The notes beneath the pieces are model-generated. The model searched no databases. It was not told the DNA's origin and was given only the letters and a program-made list of their open reading frames with translations. The position numbers and the translations under genes are program-made. A stretch of DNA of 38,333 nucleotides, taken from positions 1-38,333 of the IMG/VR virus record IMGVR_UViG_3300038475_000012; one strand, written 5' to 3'. Below, piece by piece: positions 17,574 to 27,429 of the stretch. Positions within the stretch are counted from its first letter, which is position 1. Each line of letters begins with the position of its first letter. This DNA comes from a virus. Taxonomy: Duplodnaviria > Caudoviricetes.

Positions 17574-17867
17574 ATGAAATACGAAGATTTAAAACAACTC
17601 GCCGAACAAGGAAAAATAATCTTCACAAAAACGGAAGGAAATATTTATACCCGACAAGTTCCGGTATATTCCAAAACTAAAGGAATGTGGGGAGAGTCGC
17701 TTAATCTTAAAACCGGAGAAGCTAAAAAGAAATGGCTGGGAGATGTTGAAAGCTATAAACTAGTAAAATATCACAAAATAAAGTATTTCTGCCGAACTAA
17801 AGAAATGGCTGAAAATGAATTTTGGAAGATTACAAAAAAAGATTATATGGAATTAAAACTAATTTGA
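17574..17867 (+). CDS. Hypothetical protein
   Basis: ORF track. Confidence 0.65.
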   Translation: MKYEDLKQLAEQGKIIFTKTEGNIYTRQVPVYSKTKGMWGESLNLKTGEAKKKWLGDVESYKLVKYHKIKYFCRTKEMAENEFWKITKKDYMELKLI

Positions 17868-17892
17868 CAAAATAACTTTTTTCGTGTACAGT
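17864..17892 (+). promoter_or_regulatory. Promoter of the replication genes
   Basis: TTGACA-17 nt-TACAGT, followed by a hairpin at ~17935-17977. Confidence 0.6.
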
Positions 17893-17995
17893 AAAAATAT
17901 GGAAAAATACGCTAAAAAATTTGAACATCAACACACCTCAACAAGTCGCCCTTTAGCGGGGCCCAGCTTGTTGGGGTTTTTTAGTGTTTAAATTT

Positions 17996-18697
17996 ATGGC
18001 ACAAAGGAGAATGTTTAGTTTAAAAATAGTGGGAAGCGACGCTTTCTTGGATATGCCAGTTTCAGTAAGGGAACTGTATTTTCAACTAGGAATGTATGCG
18101 GATGACGATGGTTTTATAAATCCAAAAAAAGTTATTCGGATGATTGGATCGGCAGACGATGATTTAAAGATGTTGATAGCAAAAAGATTTGTTCTTCCTT
18201 TCGAAAATGGAGTGGTAGTTATAAAGCACTGGGCGATAAATAATCTCATCCGAAAAGACTTTTATCAAGAAACTCTTTACACCGAACAAAAAAAATTATT
18301 AGCTACTAAAGAAAACAAGGCTTATACAGAAGCAAAAAAGAAAAATGTTAACAAAATGTTAACAAATTGTCATCACAGTATAGGTAAGGATAGGATAGGT
18401 AAGGTAAGTAAAGATAATACTACCGAACAAAGTTCGGATTGGGATAGTGATAAATATATAGAATCTCTATGTAGTTCTACAAGAGAAGATTTAAAAATAG
18501 TTGGTCATTATATGAAAATAAAAAAATTAAAGTTTCCGTCGAAAAAAACCGCCACCGCTGAATTTGGAAGAAATATAAAATCAGCTGGAGAATTATCTGA
18601 GTATTCAAAAGAAAAAAGAACATTAGCAGTTAATCAGGCGGCGAAAATGACAAAGCAGTGGACACTTTTAACAGTTTGTAAATATATAAATAAATAA
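17996..18697 (+). CDS. Phage replisome organiser/replication initiator
   Basis: MAQRRMFS.KIV.SDAFLDMP...LYF.LGM.ADDDGF N-terminal domain; IGKDRIGK linker; upstream of DnaB. Confidence 0.85.
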   Translation: MAQRRMFSLKIVGSDAFLDMPVSVRELYFQLGMYADDDGFINPKKVIRMIGSADDDLKMLIAKRFVLPFENGVVVIKHWAINNLIRKDFYQETLYTEQKKLLATKENKAYTEAKKKNVNKMLTNCHHSIGKDRIGKVSKDNTTEQSSDWDSDKYIESLCSSTREDLKIVGHYMKIKKLKFPSKKTATAEFGRNIKSAGELSEYSKEKRTLAVNQAAKMTKQWTLLTVCKYINK

Positions 18698-18698
18698 A

Positions 18699-19697
18699 AT
18701 GGAACCATACGAATTAACCCTTAGAAAAAAACACGCAAAAGAAGAACAAACATTCAAAGAATATAAAGACGCTATTGGTATTGAATCTGTTTCTAAAAAA
18801 GATGTTGTAATGGCTGGATATGATGAATTGATGAAAACCGATGCTAAAGATATCATAAGTTTTGGGTATCATTGGCTGGATATCAAATTATCAGGAATAT
18901 TCCCCGGACAATTGATCCTAGTCGGAGGAGAATCAGGAACTGGAAAATCAACTTTTACAATTTCAATAATTTATAAATGCAAACAACCCACTGCTGTTTT
19001 TGCCTTAGAGGAAAGATTAGAAGATTACGGAAAAAAAACATTGTACTTTGAAATAGGAAAATTAAGGCGTCAAGATGGAAAAAAGCAATATCCTTGGAAT
19101 GCCTATATCCGAGGAGAAATAAATAAAGATGAACTGTTTCTTGAATATGTCGCGCGGGCTTATGAAAATCTTAATCAAAAATATCCTTATTTTCAGAAAA
19201 TGGGAAAAATGGCAACCATAGATTTAGTAGAAAAAAGGCTTGAATTACTGGCATTTGAAGGAATTAAACTTGTGCTTATCGACCATTTGCATTATTTTGA
19301 TTTACTTGTCGGAAAGAACAGCAAGACTGATTATATCGAGCAAATAATGATTAGGTTGAGATTATTAGCTATTAGGCTTAAAATATCAATAATAATTGTT
19401 GCTCATTACAGGAAATTAAACGGAAATAGACCAACGCTAGATAGCTTTAAGGACTCTATAGCTATTGTACAAAATGCTTCAACGGTTATAAATTTATGGA
19501 GAAACAGGGAAGAAGGAACCATTGAAGATAAATATAAAACTCAATTTATTATTCCAAAATCAAGAGACTTAGGAGGAGAAGGAAAAATTGATGTTATTTT
19601 TAATCCCAGTACCGGAGAATATGAAAAGGCGGAAAAATGGATCGCCGGAGTTCCAGTGATAGAAAATAATTATGATATAAATAAATTAGATTTATGA
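18699..19697 (+). CDS. dnaB: DnaB-like replicative helicase
   Basis: Walker A GGESGTGKST, LIDHLH Walker B, DSFKDS.AIVQNA, K.R finger. Confidence 0.88.
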   Translation: MEPYELTLRKKHAKEEQTFKEYKDAIGIESVSKKDVVMAGYDELMKTDAKDIISFGYHWLDIKLSGIFPGQLILVGGESGTGKSTFTISIIYKCKQPTAVFALEERLEDYGKKTLYFEIGKLRRQDGKKQYPWNAYIRGEINKDELFLEYVARAYENLNQKYPYFQKMGKMATIDLVEKRLELLAFEGIKLVLIDHLHYFDLLVGKNSKTDYIEQIMIRLRLLAIRLKISIIIVAHYRKLNGNRPTLDSFKDSIAIVQNASTVINLWRNREEGTIEDKYKTQFIIPKSRDLGGEGKIDVIFNPSTGEYEKAEKWIAGVPVIENNYDINKLDL

Positions 19698-19876
19698 ACG
19701 AAGAAGAATACAAAACAATAATGGGATTAAATTCAAAAGATATCGGAAACGTTAAATTACTTCGTGCTTTTGTGAATGAAAAACTAAAAGAAAAAGGATA
19801 TAACAAATTGCGTGGATATAAATCAATGAAAGAGTTGCTAGCAATAAAAATTAAGTCAATGCTAAACTAATTGAAG

Positions 19877-20145
19877 AAAATACTTATAGTGAATAACTAA
19901 TTTAAAAATATATGAAAAAGTATCTGATAAAAATAATACGAGAAGCATTATGGGATGTAGAAGATAGAATCAATGACCACAAAAAAATGAATCTAAATAA
20001 TACATCAGACTTGGCACAACTTATAATTGATTCTAGAAATAATAATCTGACATTAAGGTCTAGAGATTTTTTAATGAGAATGAATATACATCCGGACGAA
20101 TTTCTTACAAAAGAACATATAAAATAAAATACTTATAGTGAATAA
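19877..20145 (+). repeat. 20-bp direct repeat AAAATACTTATAGTGAATAA flanking one gene
   Basis: Copies at 19877-19896 and 20126-20145. Confidence 0.85.
19912..20127 (+). CDS. Hypothetical protein
   Basis: ORF track; lies between the direct repeats. Confidence 0.6.
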   Translation: MKKYLIKIIREALWDVEDRINDHKKMNLNNTSDLAQLIIDSRNNNLTLRSRDFLMRMNIHPDEFLTKEHIK

Positions 20146-20536
20146 TATGCAAAAGACAAAAACTCAAATAAGAAAAGACTGCGTTAAAATTGCAAAAATG
20201 ATAGTCAAGCACAAAGCTAACTACAAATGCGAAAAGTGTGGAGCTGACGGACGAGTAAAACAAATGCAAGGATCGCATATCTACCCGGAAGGAAGATACA
20301 CCTCAATGAGCGCCGACCCAGACAATATTTTGTGCCTTTGCGCTGGTTGCCATATGTGGTCAAACGACAGCTGGCACGAAAATCCCTTAGAGGCGACCGA
20401 ATGGTTTCACAAAACCTTTCCAGAACGTCACCAGAGGCTCAAAATTGACGCACAAGCGTCGAAACACTGTGATATATACTTCTGGAAGGATAAACTCGTA
20501 GAACTTAAAAATGAATGGATTAAATTAACTAATTAA
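20138..20536 (+). CDS. HNH/NinG-like endonuclease
   Basis: CEKCG...GSHIYP...DPDNILCLCAGCH; likely start 20147. Confidence 0.8.
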   Translation: MNNMQKTKTQIRKDCVKIAKMIVKHKANYKCEKCGADGRVKQMQGSHIYPEGRYTSMSADPDNILCLCAGCHMWSNDSWHENPLEATEWFHKTFPERHQRLKIDAQASKHCDIYFWKDKLVELKNEWIKLTN

Positions 20537-20546
20537 TAAAATAAAA

Positions 20547-20750
20547 ATGAAACCATTTTTTATCCAAGGTTGGTGCGGAAGGTACACTTACGAAAAAAAG
20601 GATCACTGGGGAAAAGAAGTTTTAGGAGAAGGAACAGGACATAGTGTTTACGGGCTTGATGAAGACGGACAGATTTGGAAATATACTTGTCAAAAAGGAA
20701 ATTGGGATTGGGCAAAACTAGAAGACACAAAACCAACAGAAAATATTTGA
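20547..20750 (+). CDS. Hypothetical protein
   Basis: ORF track. Confidence 0.55.
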   Translation: MKPFFIQGWCGRYTYEKKDHWGKEVLGEGTGHSVYGLDEDGQIWKYTCQKGNWDWAKLEDTKPTENI

Positions 20751-20775
20751 CAAAAAGTAAAATCGGGTGTATAAT
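20747..20775 (+). promoter_or_regulatory. Consensus sigma70 promoter heading the late arm
   Basis: TTGACA-17 nt-TATAAT. Confidence 0.85.
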
Positions 20776-20803
20776 AGGGAAAACTGAATATAAAATAAAT
20801 AAA

Positions 20804-20853
20804 TACGAAGACAAAGGGCAAAGTTGCCCAATTAAAAGTCTTCGTTTTTTTTT
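20804..20853 (+). terminator. Terminator-like hairpin in the late leader
   Basis: ACGAAGAC/GTCTTCGT stem with inner GGGCA/TGCCC, followed by a T run. Confidence 0.55.
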
Positions 20854-20941
20854 GATAAGAGTGTTAGTGATACACCCGTATTGCAAAGAGGGCTCAAACC
20901 CTCTTATCAGTAAAAAATTATGAAAGGTAAACGGAAACCTT

Positions 20942-21409
20942 GTGGAAAATGAGCAAGAGCAAAAAACAGATATTGACAATAACGGAGTTGAACAACCTTC
21001 GGATATTGAAGTGCCTAAGAAATCTTGGATTGAAGAAATGTGCCAAAGAGAAGCAACCCCAAAAGCAGAAAGGACAGAAACTATAGAAAAGTTTTGTGAG
21101 AGATATGGAATATCAGTAAGTACATATTCATATCAGCAACGCAAAAAAGAAAATAGAAAAAGAGTTGTTGAAATATGGCTTATTGAAGCATCTAATGGAG
21201 GTAATGAAGTATTAGCTAAATTAAAAGAAAACGCATTAGAAGGAAAAGAAAAATCAATAGAGATGTATTTAAAATTCGTATTAGAATTAGCAGAGAATTT
21301 AGATATTAAATCAGACGGAAAAGCATTACAAGTTATTTTTGATTCAGCCTTTAAAGATTATGGTCCGATTGCATCCAAAGCAGAGAGAGATAGTTCAAAG
21401 CAAGGATAG
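20942..21409 (+). CDS. Terminase small subunit (putative)
   Basis: HTH-like FCERYGISVSTY, C-terminal LDIKSDGKAL; overlaps TerL. Confidence 0.7.
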   Translation: MENEQEQKTDIDNNGVEQPSDIEVPKKSWIEEMCQREATPKAERTETIEKFCERYGISVSTYSYQQRKKENRKRVVEIWLIEASNGGNEVLAKLKENALEGKEKSIEMYLKFVLELAENLDIKSDGKALQVIFDSAFKDYGPIASKAERDSSKQG

Positions 21410-22544
21410 ATTCAGAGTATTATTGGCTGGACGAAGATTTGGTAAAACAGTATTAGCTGTAGAGGAATTAGCTTTCAATGCTTTAACAATAAAAAAAGCA
21501 AGAGTGTGTTACATAGCACCGACTTATCAGTCAGCAAGAGATATAGCTTGGGATATGCTAAAGAATAGATTGACTGGAATAGAAGCAAAGATAAACGATT
21601 CAAGATTAGAGATAGAAATTAACGGAAGTAGGATAATGTTAAGAAGCTGGGAGAATATAGAAACACTACGAGGACAGTTCTTTGATTTCATAGTAATGGA
21701 CGAGGTAGCTCAATATAAGAATTTCTGGGTTAATTGGCAGGAAGTATTAAGACCTTGCTTAACTGATCGCAGAGGTAGAGTATTATTTATTTCAACTCCA
21801 TTAGGATTTAATCATTTTTACGATTTATACAATAAGCCGGAATACAAAAGTTTTCATTTTACCAGTTATGACAATCCCTATCTCCCAGTAGAAGAACTAG
21901 ATAAAGCCAAAGAAGAAATACCAGAAGATAGATTCGCTCAAGAATATCTAGCAGACTTTAGAAAGACTCAAGGATTAGTTTACAAAGAATTTAGTAGGGA
22001 AAGACACGTTACAGACGAACAACCCAAACAAGTCATTGATACGATACTAGGAATAGATTTTGGATATACTAACCCAGCGGCTATTATTCCTATCAAGATA
22101 GATTCAGATAATAATTATTGGATTTTAGATGAGTGGTATAAAAGCAAACAAACAACAGAACAAATTGCAGAACAAGCAATGCTCTACAAATCGACAAAGG
22201 TTTACCCTGACCCTGCAGAACCTGATAGAATCGAAATCCTCAGAAAATCTGGCCTTAACTGTCGTGAAGTTTCCAAAGACATTGTGGCGGGAGTTGATAA
22301 CGTTAGGGAATTATTTAAACAAGGAAGGATTCACATTAACCCTGACTGCAAAAACCTTATCTATGAACTCGAGACGTATCGTTATCCTGACAAGAAGCCT
22401 GAAAAGAACGAAGAAGAAAAACCAGTCAAGGAAAACGACCACGCGTTAGATGCTCTAAGATACGCCCTATACACTCACAAGCCTAAGAAAAAGATATCTG
22501 ACCCTATATTTGAACAAAGAGGAACATATTATCAAGATATATGA
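21360..22544 (+). CDS. terL: Terminase large subunit
   Basis: LHPKQ, AGRRFGKT, MDEVA, ISTP, GIDFG, DHALDALRY. Confidence 0.95.
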   Translation: MVRLHPKQREIVQSKDRFRVLLAGRRFGKTVLAVEELAFNALTIKKARVCYIAPTYQSARDIAWDMLKNRLTGIEAKINDSRLEIEINGSRIMLRSWENIETLRGQFFDFIVMDEVAQYKNFWVNWQEVLRPCLTDRRGRVLFISTPLGFNHFYDLYNKPEYKSFHFTSYDNPYLPVEELDKAKEEIPEDRFAQEYLADFRKTQGLVYKEFSRERHVTDEQPKQVIDTILGIDFGYTNPAAIIPIKIDSDNNYWILDEWYKSKQTTEQIAEQAMLYKSTKVYPDPAEPDRIEILRKSGLNCREVSKDIVAGVDNVRELFKQGRIHINPDCKNLIYELETYRYPDKKPEKNEEEKPVKENDHALDALRYALYTHKPKKKISDPIFEQRGTYYQDI

Positions 22545-22825
22545 AAAACAACTCTACAAAAGACATTAATTACTGGAAACAATTATTATTTATTTTAGCG
22601 GATGAGGTGAATGTGCATAATGTTAATTTTCCAGTGGGTGTTGATGAAAACGGAAGTGAAATAGAATTGGAATACAACAAAGACGATGATGATATTTACT
22701 GGGTACACGCTAATGTTAAGAAAGAAATTAAAAAGCCAGAAAGAGTTTGTTTAATTTTAAGAAATATATTTAACCAATGGAACAACAAACAACAACTGAA
22801 CAAACAACACAACCTAAGCCAGTAG
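22541..22825 (+). CDS. Hypothetical protein
   Basis: ORF track; ATGA overlap with terL. Confidence 0.55.
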   Translation: MKNNSTKDINYWKQLLFILADEVNVHNVNFPVGVDENGSEIELEYNKDDDDIYWVHANVKKEIKKPERVCLILRNIFNQWNNKQQLNKQHNLSQ

Positions 22826-24588
22826 TAACTGACCAGCAAATCATAGATACCTTATTCAAAGAAAAGGAAAACTATCAACAGACTAACAATTCTGAACGTG
22901 ATGCAGTCAATGAGATTTATACTGTCTATATGGGAAATACAGAGACTATAGAAACAACATCTAACAAGTCTTACTTTAAGTCTGTAGATATCCCCAAGAT
23001 GCGCACGGAGATAAGTTATATCGTGCCTTTTATTTTTTCCGGTAACCCTGAAATAGAAGTTGAAGGAGTGGGAGGAGAAGACAAAGAAATAGCCCAAATA
23101 TTGGAAAAGATTATCAACTATAGATTTGAAACTATCCCTAGCTTCTATGAAAAGATTGAGGCGTGGGTAAAGCAAGGTGTAACCTTTGGAACTTCACTTA
23201 TAAAAGTTATTTGGAAGTTTGAAATGCAAGACAATGGAGATGGAACTCAAACTCCTATAACAGACGAACCCAGTCTAGATGTACCTAACATTCTAGATTG
23301 TTTTTATAATCCAATCGTATCAGATATAGAATGCCAAAGTTCAATCATATTTAGAAGTGTCTTACCGATAGATGAAGTCAAGAATAATCCGGCTTATGAT
23401 TATGAAAGCCAGATACCTAACGATGACGGAACATCTAAACTAAACAGGGAACGAGTAATATCCGGAAGTTTAAAGACTAACAATCACGACTCTACTAGAC
23501 AGATGACATCAGATGCTATTACTCTAAACAAAGCAGGTGAAGGAATGATAGAAGTATATGACCGAATAACCAAAGACAGGATTCAAACTATTGCAGATGG
23601 AAAGGAACGCTTAATACTAAGAGATAAAGCTAAGGACACAGGATTCATTGAAGTTGTTAAGTTTGTATTTGAACCTAACTGCATCCCTAATAGATTCGAT
23701 GGATTCGGCGTAGGACAAAACACCTTAGGACTTTCGAAAGGTTATCATTCAATTTTTAACCAGACCAAATTCAACGCTACGATGTGCAACAATCCGATGT
23801 TCTATTCAGAAAAGGGAACGATACCTGATAAGAAACAGTTAGTGGCTAAACCCGGTGGGATAGTAGAAATAGACTTAGACGGACAACCTATTCAATCTAA
23901 ATTTGGAGTCATACAATTTCCTGATATAAAACAAGGAGCGATTGAGATACTTAATAAGTTTGATGATGAACATAAGCGCGCCAGTGGAGCTAATGATTTG
24001 GTTCAAGGTTCGGCTTCCAACAAAACCTTAGGACAAGACCAGATAGCTTCAACTTATTCGTCTAATAGATTTGAACTTATTACAAGACGATTTAAGCAAG
24101 CATTAGCAGACCTAGCCAGAATGATGATAGATATGGAACTTAAAAGAATCCAAAGTCCGGAAGCTGATATTCTTAGAATATTCCCCGATGAAGTAGACAC
24201 AGGACAAGTTGACCAAATGGGACAGCCTGTAATGGAAACAGGAATAAGAGAACAGATATATCAACTCTTAATCAGTGAAGACGCTCAAAATGCTAAGTAC
24301 AATATAAAGATTAAAGGCGAGACTACGATAGCCAAGAATAAAGACGTTCAGATAAAACAACTGACTGATGCTTATAATTTATTTGGACAAATACTCCCTC
24401 CTGAAAATCAAATGGAATGGGCAAGAAAGATTTTACAGTTAAGAGGAATAGATGAAATAGATAAACTAGTTCCAGATCCGCAACAGTTCGCTCAAGAACA
24501 AGCCCTACAGCAAATGGAACAGCAACCAGTAGACCCCAATGCAATGGGTCAAGGAATGACCCCTCAACAGCCTAGTCCAATGATGTAA
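22777..24588 (+). CDS. Portal protein
   Basis: 603 aa after TerL; FGTS.IKV.W, PNRFDGFGV, KPGGIVE, ASGAND..QG motifs and Q/M/P-rich tail typical of P22/N4-like portals. Confidence 0.9.
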   Translation: MEQQTTTEQTTQPKPVVTDQQIIDTLFKEKENYQQTNNSERDAVNEIYTVYMGNTETIETTSNKSYFKSVDIPKMRTEISYIVPFIFSGNPEIEVEGVGGEDKEIAQILEKIINYRFETIPSFYEKIEAWVKQGVTFGTSLIKVIWKFEMQDNGDGTQTPITDEPSLDVPNILDCFYNPIVSDIECQSSIIFRSVLPIDEVKNNPAYDYESQIPNDDGTSKLNRERVISGSLKTNNHDSTRQMTSDAITLNKAGEGMIEVYDRITKDRIQTIADGKERLILRDKAKDTGFIEVVKFVFEPNCIPNRFDGFGVGQNTLGLSKGYHSIFNQTKFNATMCNNPMFYSEKGTIPDKKQLVAKPGGIVEIDLDGQPIQSKFGVIQFPDIKQGAIEILNKFDDEHKRASGANDLVQGSASNKTLGQDQIASTYSSNRFELITRRFKQALADLARMMIDMELKRIQSPEADILRIFPDEVDTGQVDQMGQPVMETGIREQIYQLLISEDAQNAKYNIKIKGETTIAKNKDVQIKQLTDAYNLFGQILPPENQMEWARKILQLRGIDEIDKLVPDPQQFAQEQALQQMEQQPVDPNAMGQGMTPQQPSPMM

Positions 24589-24767
24589 ATTTATGATAAC
24601 TCTACACATAAGCAAAAATCATTTCGATTATAAGATTGAGAAGAATGGAAAACAAACGGGTGGGACTATATGCGAAGAGATATTTAATCCTAAACTTACA
24701 GACGGATGGCATAAAAACAAGATTGGAATGAATTTATACAAAACTGTTTAAATGATGAAAAAACTCT

Positions 24768-25076
24768 ATGATAAAACAAAGATTTGTAGATTGGTTCTTT
24801 AGTTCACTGGAAAAAGAATTTAAAGACCAAAATAAGAAAATTGAAAAACTAGAAAAAAAACTGGAATTCCTTGATGGAAAAATTGATATGAATATCGGGA
24901 TAGATGAAAATATCAAATGGAAAGTATATCGTGTTATTGAAGACCATTTCCCCGATGAAATACATACTGTAAAACTAAGAGACGGCAGTGAACTTAAAAG
25001 TATAGTAACAGTTAGTCCGAAACACTGGGAAAGAGTAGACAAGTATATAAAAGAATTAGAAACAAATGAAAAATAA
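24768..25076 (+). CDS. Hypothetical protein
   Basis: ORF track; starts at AAACTCTATG. Confidence 0.65.
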   Translation: MIKQRFVDWFFSSLEKEFKDQNKKIEKLEKKLEFLDGKIDMNIGIDENIKWKVYRVIEDHFPDEIHTVKLRDGSELKSIVTVSPKHWERVDKYIKELETNEK

Positions 25077-25230
25077 AGAAGAACTAAACGAACTCTACGA
25101 ATTGCGTAGAGACTATGATAAAAAAAATTGTGACCCTAAAAATTTAATAACATTGTGTAATAGTTGTCATTCAAAAACAAATTTTAATAGAAAAAAATGG
25201 ATAATATATTTTTCTAGTCCAATGCAATGA
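25066..25230 (+). pseudogene. Chimeric remnant: duplicated gene start fused to an HNH C-terminus
   Basis: MKNKEELNELYELR + DYDKKNCDPKNLITLCNSCHSKTN. Confidence 0.65.
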
Positions 25231-25415
25231 AAGAATATTTAAGATGTTATTTAGGAAATAGAAGAATGAAAAGAAATTATAAATTACAAGAATATCAAGA
25301 TAGATTAAAGTTTTTCCTTCATCCTTGGATTAAGACAGGCTATGCTAAGAACTATAGACTGAGAATAAAGGAAATAATTAAAAGTGCGATACTAATCTGT
25401 TATTACAAGATATGA
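25227..25415 (+). CDS. Hypothetical basic protein
   Basis: ORF track; ATGA overlaps at both ends. Confidence 0.5.
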   Translation: MKEYLRCYLGNRRMKRNYKLQEYQDRLKFFLHPWIKTGYAKNYRLRIKEIIKSAILICYYKI

Positions 25416-25666
25416 ACTCTAAAGACGAACTACAAGAACTCTATACCCTTAAAATGTTTATCGAATCCCAATCATTCCAAAGATACCTGTTACAACCATT
25501 GAAGGATGAAATAAAGAAACTTAGATATGCTTATGACTGCCAATCTTTAAGAGAACTATCAACCGTTAAAGGAAAATCACAAGGATTAAAATTTATTATA
25601 AGACTGATTAAGAATATAGAAACAAGAATTAAAGACTTAGAAATTCAAGACAATCCTAAACTCTAG
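25412..25666 (+). CDS. Small protein between portal and scaffold
   Basis: Position and helical KGKSQGL pattern are typical of this slot in podovirus head modules. Confidence 0.65.
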   Translation: MNSKDELQELYTLKMFIESQSFQRYLLQPLKDEIKKLRYAYDCQSLRELSTVKGKSQGLKFIIRLIKNIETRIKDLEIQDNPKL

Positions 25667-25728
25667 TGTCTTGAGCTTCTAAATTAAAGGTCGATAGAAG
25701 TTCTTTAAAAAATCCAATCTCAAAAAAT

Positions 25729-26451
25729 GTGGATACTAACGAAGAAATAACGACACCCGAAGGGAGCGACGGCGCTACGTCCTCTCCGGATACTGTCGAT
25801 AACGTTACCCAGCCTGTAGAATCTGAAGAAGGCGTTAGCGACGCTAACCAAGAGGACACAGGAGAAGGCACCTTATTGGCAGGAAAGTATAAAAATGTAG
25901 AGGAACTAGAAAAGGCATATCAAGAATCTCAAAAAGCAATGGGACAACTCAGCCAGAAAGCTGGGTTAGTAAACCAACTAGAACAGACGACAGGTATGAC
26001 TTCTCAACAGATTGCCGAAGCATTAGCTAATCAAGAACAGCAACGAATGAACCAAGCTATACAGGATAATCCTGGACTAGCAGCGTTCCAAGAAGTGCAG
26101 TCCTTGAAAAGCCAGCTAGCTTTACAGCAAGAAGAAAAGGAACTGGATAAGTTTCTTACTTCTGAAGAAGGCAAGCCGTACGCTTCCCAACGGGACAAAA
26201 TATTTAAGCTAGGACTTAATCTTGAAAAAGACAAGACCTATGCCGAAATAGCCAAAGAATACTTTGGAGAAACCCGCGCTCAAGGTCAACAAGATGCTTA
26301 CAAGAAGATTGAACAAAAAATAGGTACACAGGCGACTGGAGCATCTCAAGCTGCCCCTAAAGGCAGGGTTTCAATAGAAGATATGAAAGGTATGTCATCT
26401 AAAGAAATGGAGTCTTTTCTCCCTTGGGCTGACATCTCCAATCGTCCGTAA
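25729..26451 (+). CDS. Capsid scaffolding protein
   Basis: Acidic N-terminus, LLAGKYKNVEELEKAY motif, coiled coil; directly before the MCP. Confidence 0.85.
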   Translation: MDTNEEITTPEGSDGATSSPDTVDNVTQPVESEEGVSDANQEDTGEGTLLAGKYKNVEELEKAYQESQKAMGQLSQKAGLVNQLEQTTGMTSQQIAEALANQEQQRMNQAIQDNPGLAAFQEVQSLKSQLALQQEEKELDKFLTSEEGKPYASQRDKIFKLGLNLEKDKTYAEIAKEYFGETRAQGQQDAYKKIEQKIGTQATGASQAAPKGRVSIEDMKGMSSKEMESFLPWADISNRP

Positions 26452-26457
26452 AATACT

Positions 26458-27429
26458 ATGCCATATACCGCATTAGGCACATCCGCCCTTACAACTGGTG
26501 GATTATCTGCCGTTATGCAGGTTTACTACGACAAACTGTTTTTGGAACGAGTTCAAGCAACGAGAAAGTATGACTTTCTTGCAGTACAAAAGATTGTTCC
26601 TAAAAATAGTGGAAAAGTAGTTTACTTTACCCGTTTTAATCAGATGACTGCCAACAAGACTGCTTTGACAGAAGGTGGCTCACCATCTGGTATAAACACC
26701 TCCGCTTCTAACGTAGTTGCAACTGCAGCTCCTTATGGAGCTTATGAAGTCGTTTCGACTTTGTACGAATTGACCACGCTTGACTCAGGTTTGAAAGAAC
26801 ACGTCGAGCTAATGGGACAAAACGCAGCTGAATCTATGGATATCGTGCTTGGTTACGAAATAAACAACTCCGCTACAGTTCAATGCGGTGGAGCTACCTT
26901 CGCTGCTCAAGCCTCCGCTATCGCTTCTACTGACACGTTGTCAGTATCAAGTCTTAGAATGGCTGTTGCTACCCTTAAAAAGAACAAAGCCCCTAAATGG
27001 GAGAACGGCAATTATCGTGCTGTTGTCAACGTTGACGGAGCTTATGGACTACAGGGTGATACGGCTGCTGGAAACTGGGTTAACATTGGACTTTACAATT
27101 CATCGCAAAACGCTGAAATGTTGAAGAAAGGTGTTATCGGTACTCTCTACGGTGTTGATATCGTAGAAACCAATCAGGCTTTCAGTACTTCAGGTGTTAT
27201 CGGAACTGCCTCTATTGCCTGCCGCTCTAATTTCATCGCTGGCAAAGGTGCTGTCGCTGAAATAAAAATCGGTGGACAAGGAGATGCTCGTATAATTGTT
27301 GACCCTCCAAAAGACCCGCTTCGAATGGTTTCGACAGTTGGTTGGAAAGTTGACGCTTACGCCGCTAAGGTGTTAAACGCTGACTGGGTTATCAATATGC
27401 ACGCATACGGAACTGGAACAGCTAACTAA
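26458..27429 (+). CDS. Major capsid protein (N4-gp56-like)
   Basis: PKNSGKVVYFTR, LTEG..P, IGTLYGVDIVET, DPL...TVGWK. Confidence 0.92.
   Translation: MPYTALGTSALTTGGLSAVMQVYYDKLFLERVQATRKYDFLAVQKIVPKNSGKVVYFTRFNQMTANKTALTEGGSPSGINTSASNVVATAAPYGAYEVVSTLYELTTLDSGLKEHVELMGQNAAESMDIVLGYEINNSATVQCGGATFAAQASAIASTDTLSVSSLRMAVATLKKNKAPKWENGNYRAVVNVDGAYGLQGDTAAGNWVNIGLYNSSQNAEMLKKGVIGTLYGVDIVETNQAFSTSGVIGTASIACRSNFIAGKGAVAEIKIGGQGDARIIVDPPKDPLRMVSTVGWKVDAYAAKVLNADWVINMHAYGTGTAN

Noticed and set aside
20560-20979. ORFs 20560..20979 (-) and 20675..20923 (+)
   Set aside because: They span the late promoter and terminator leader and have no protein-like features
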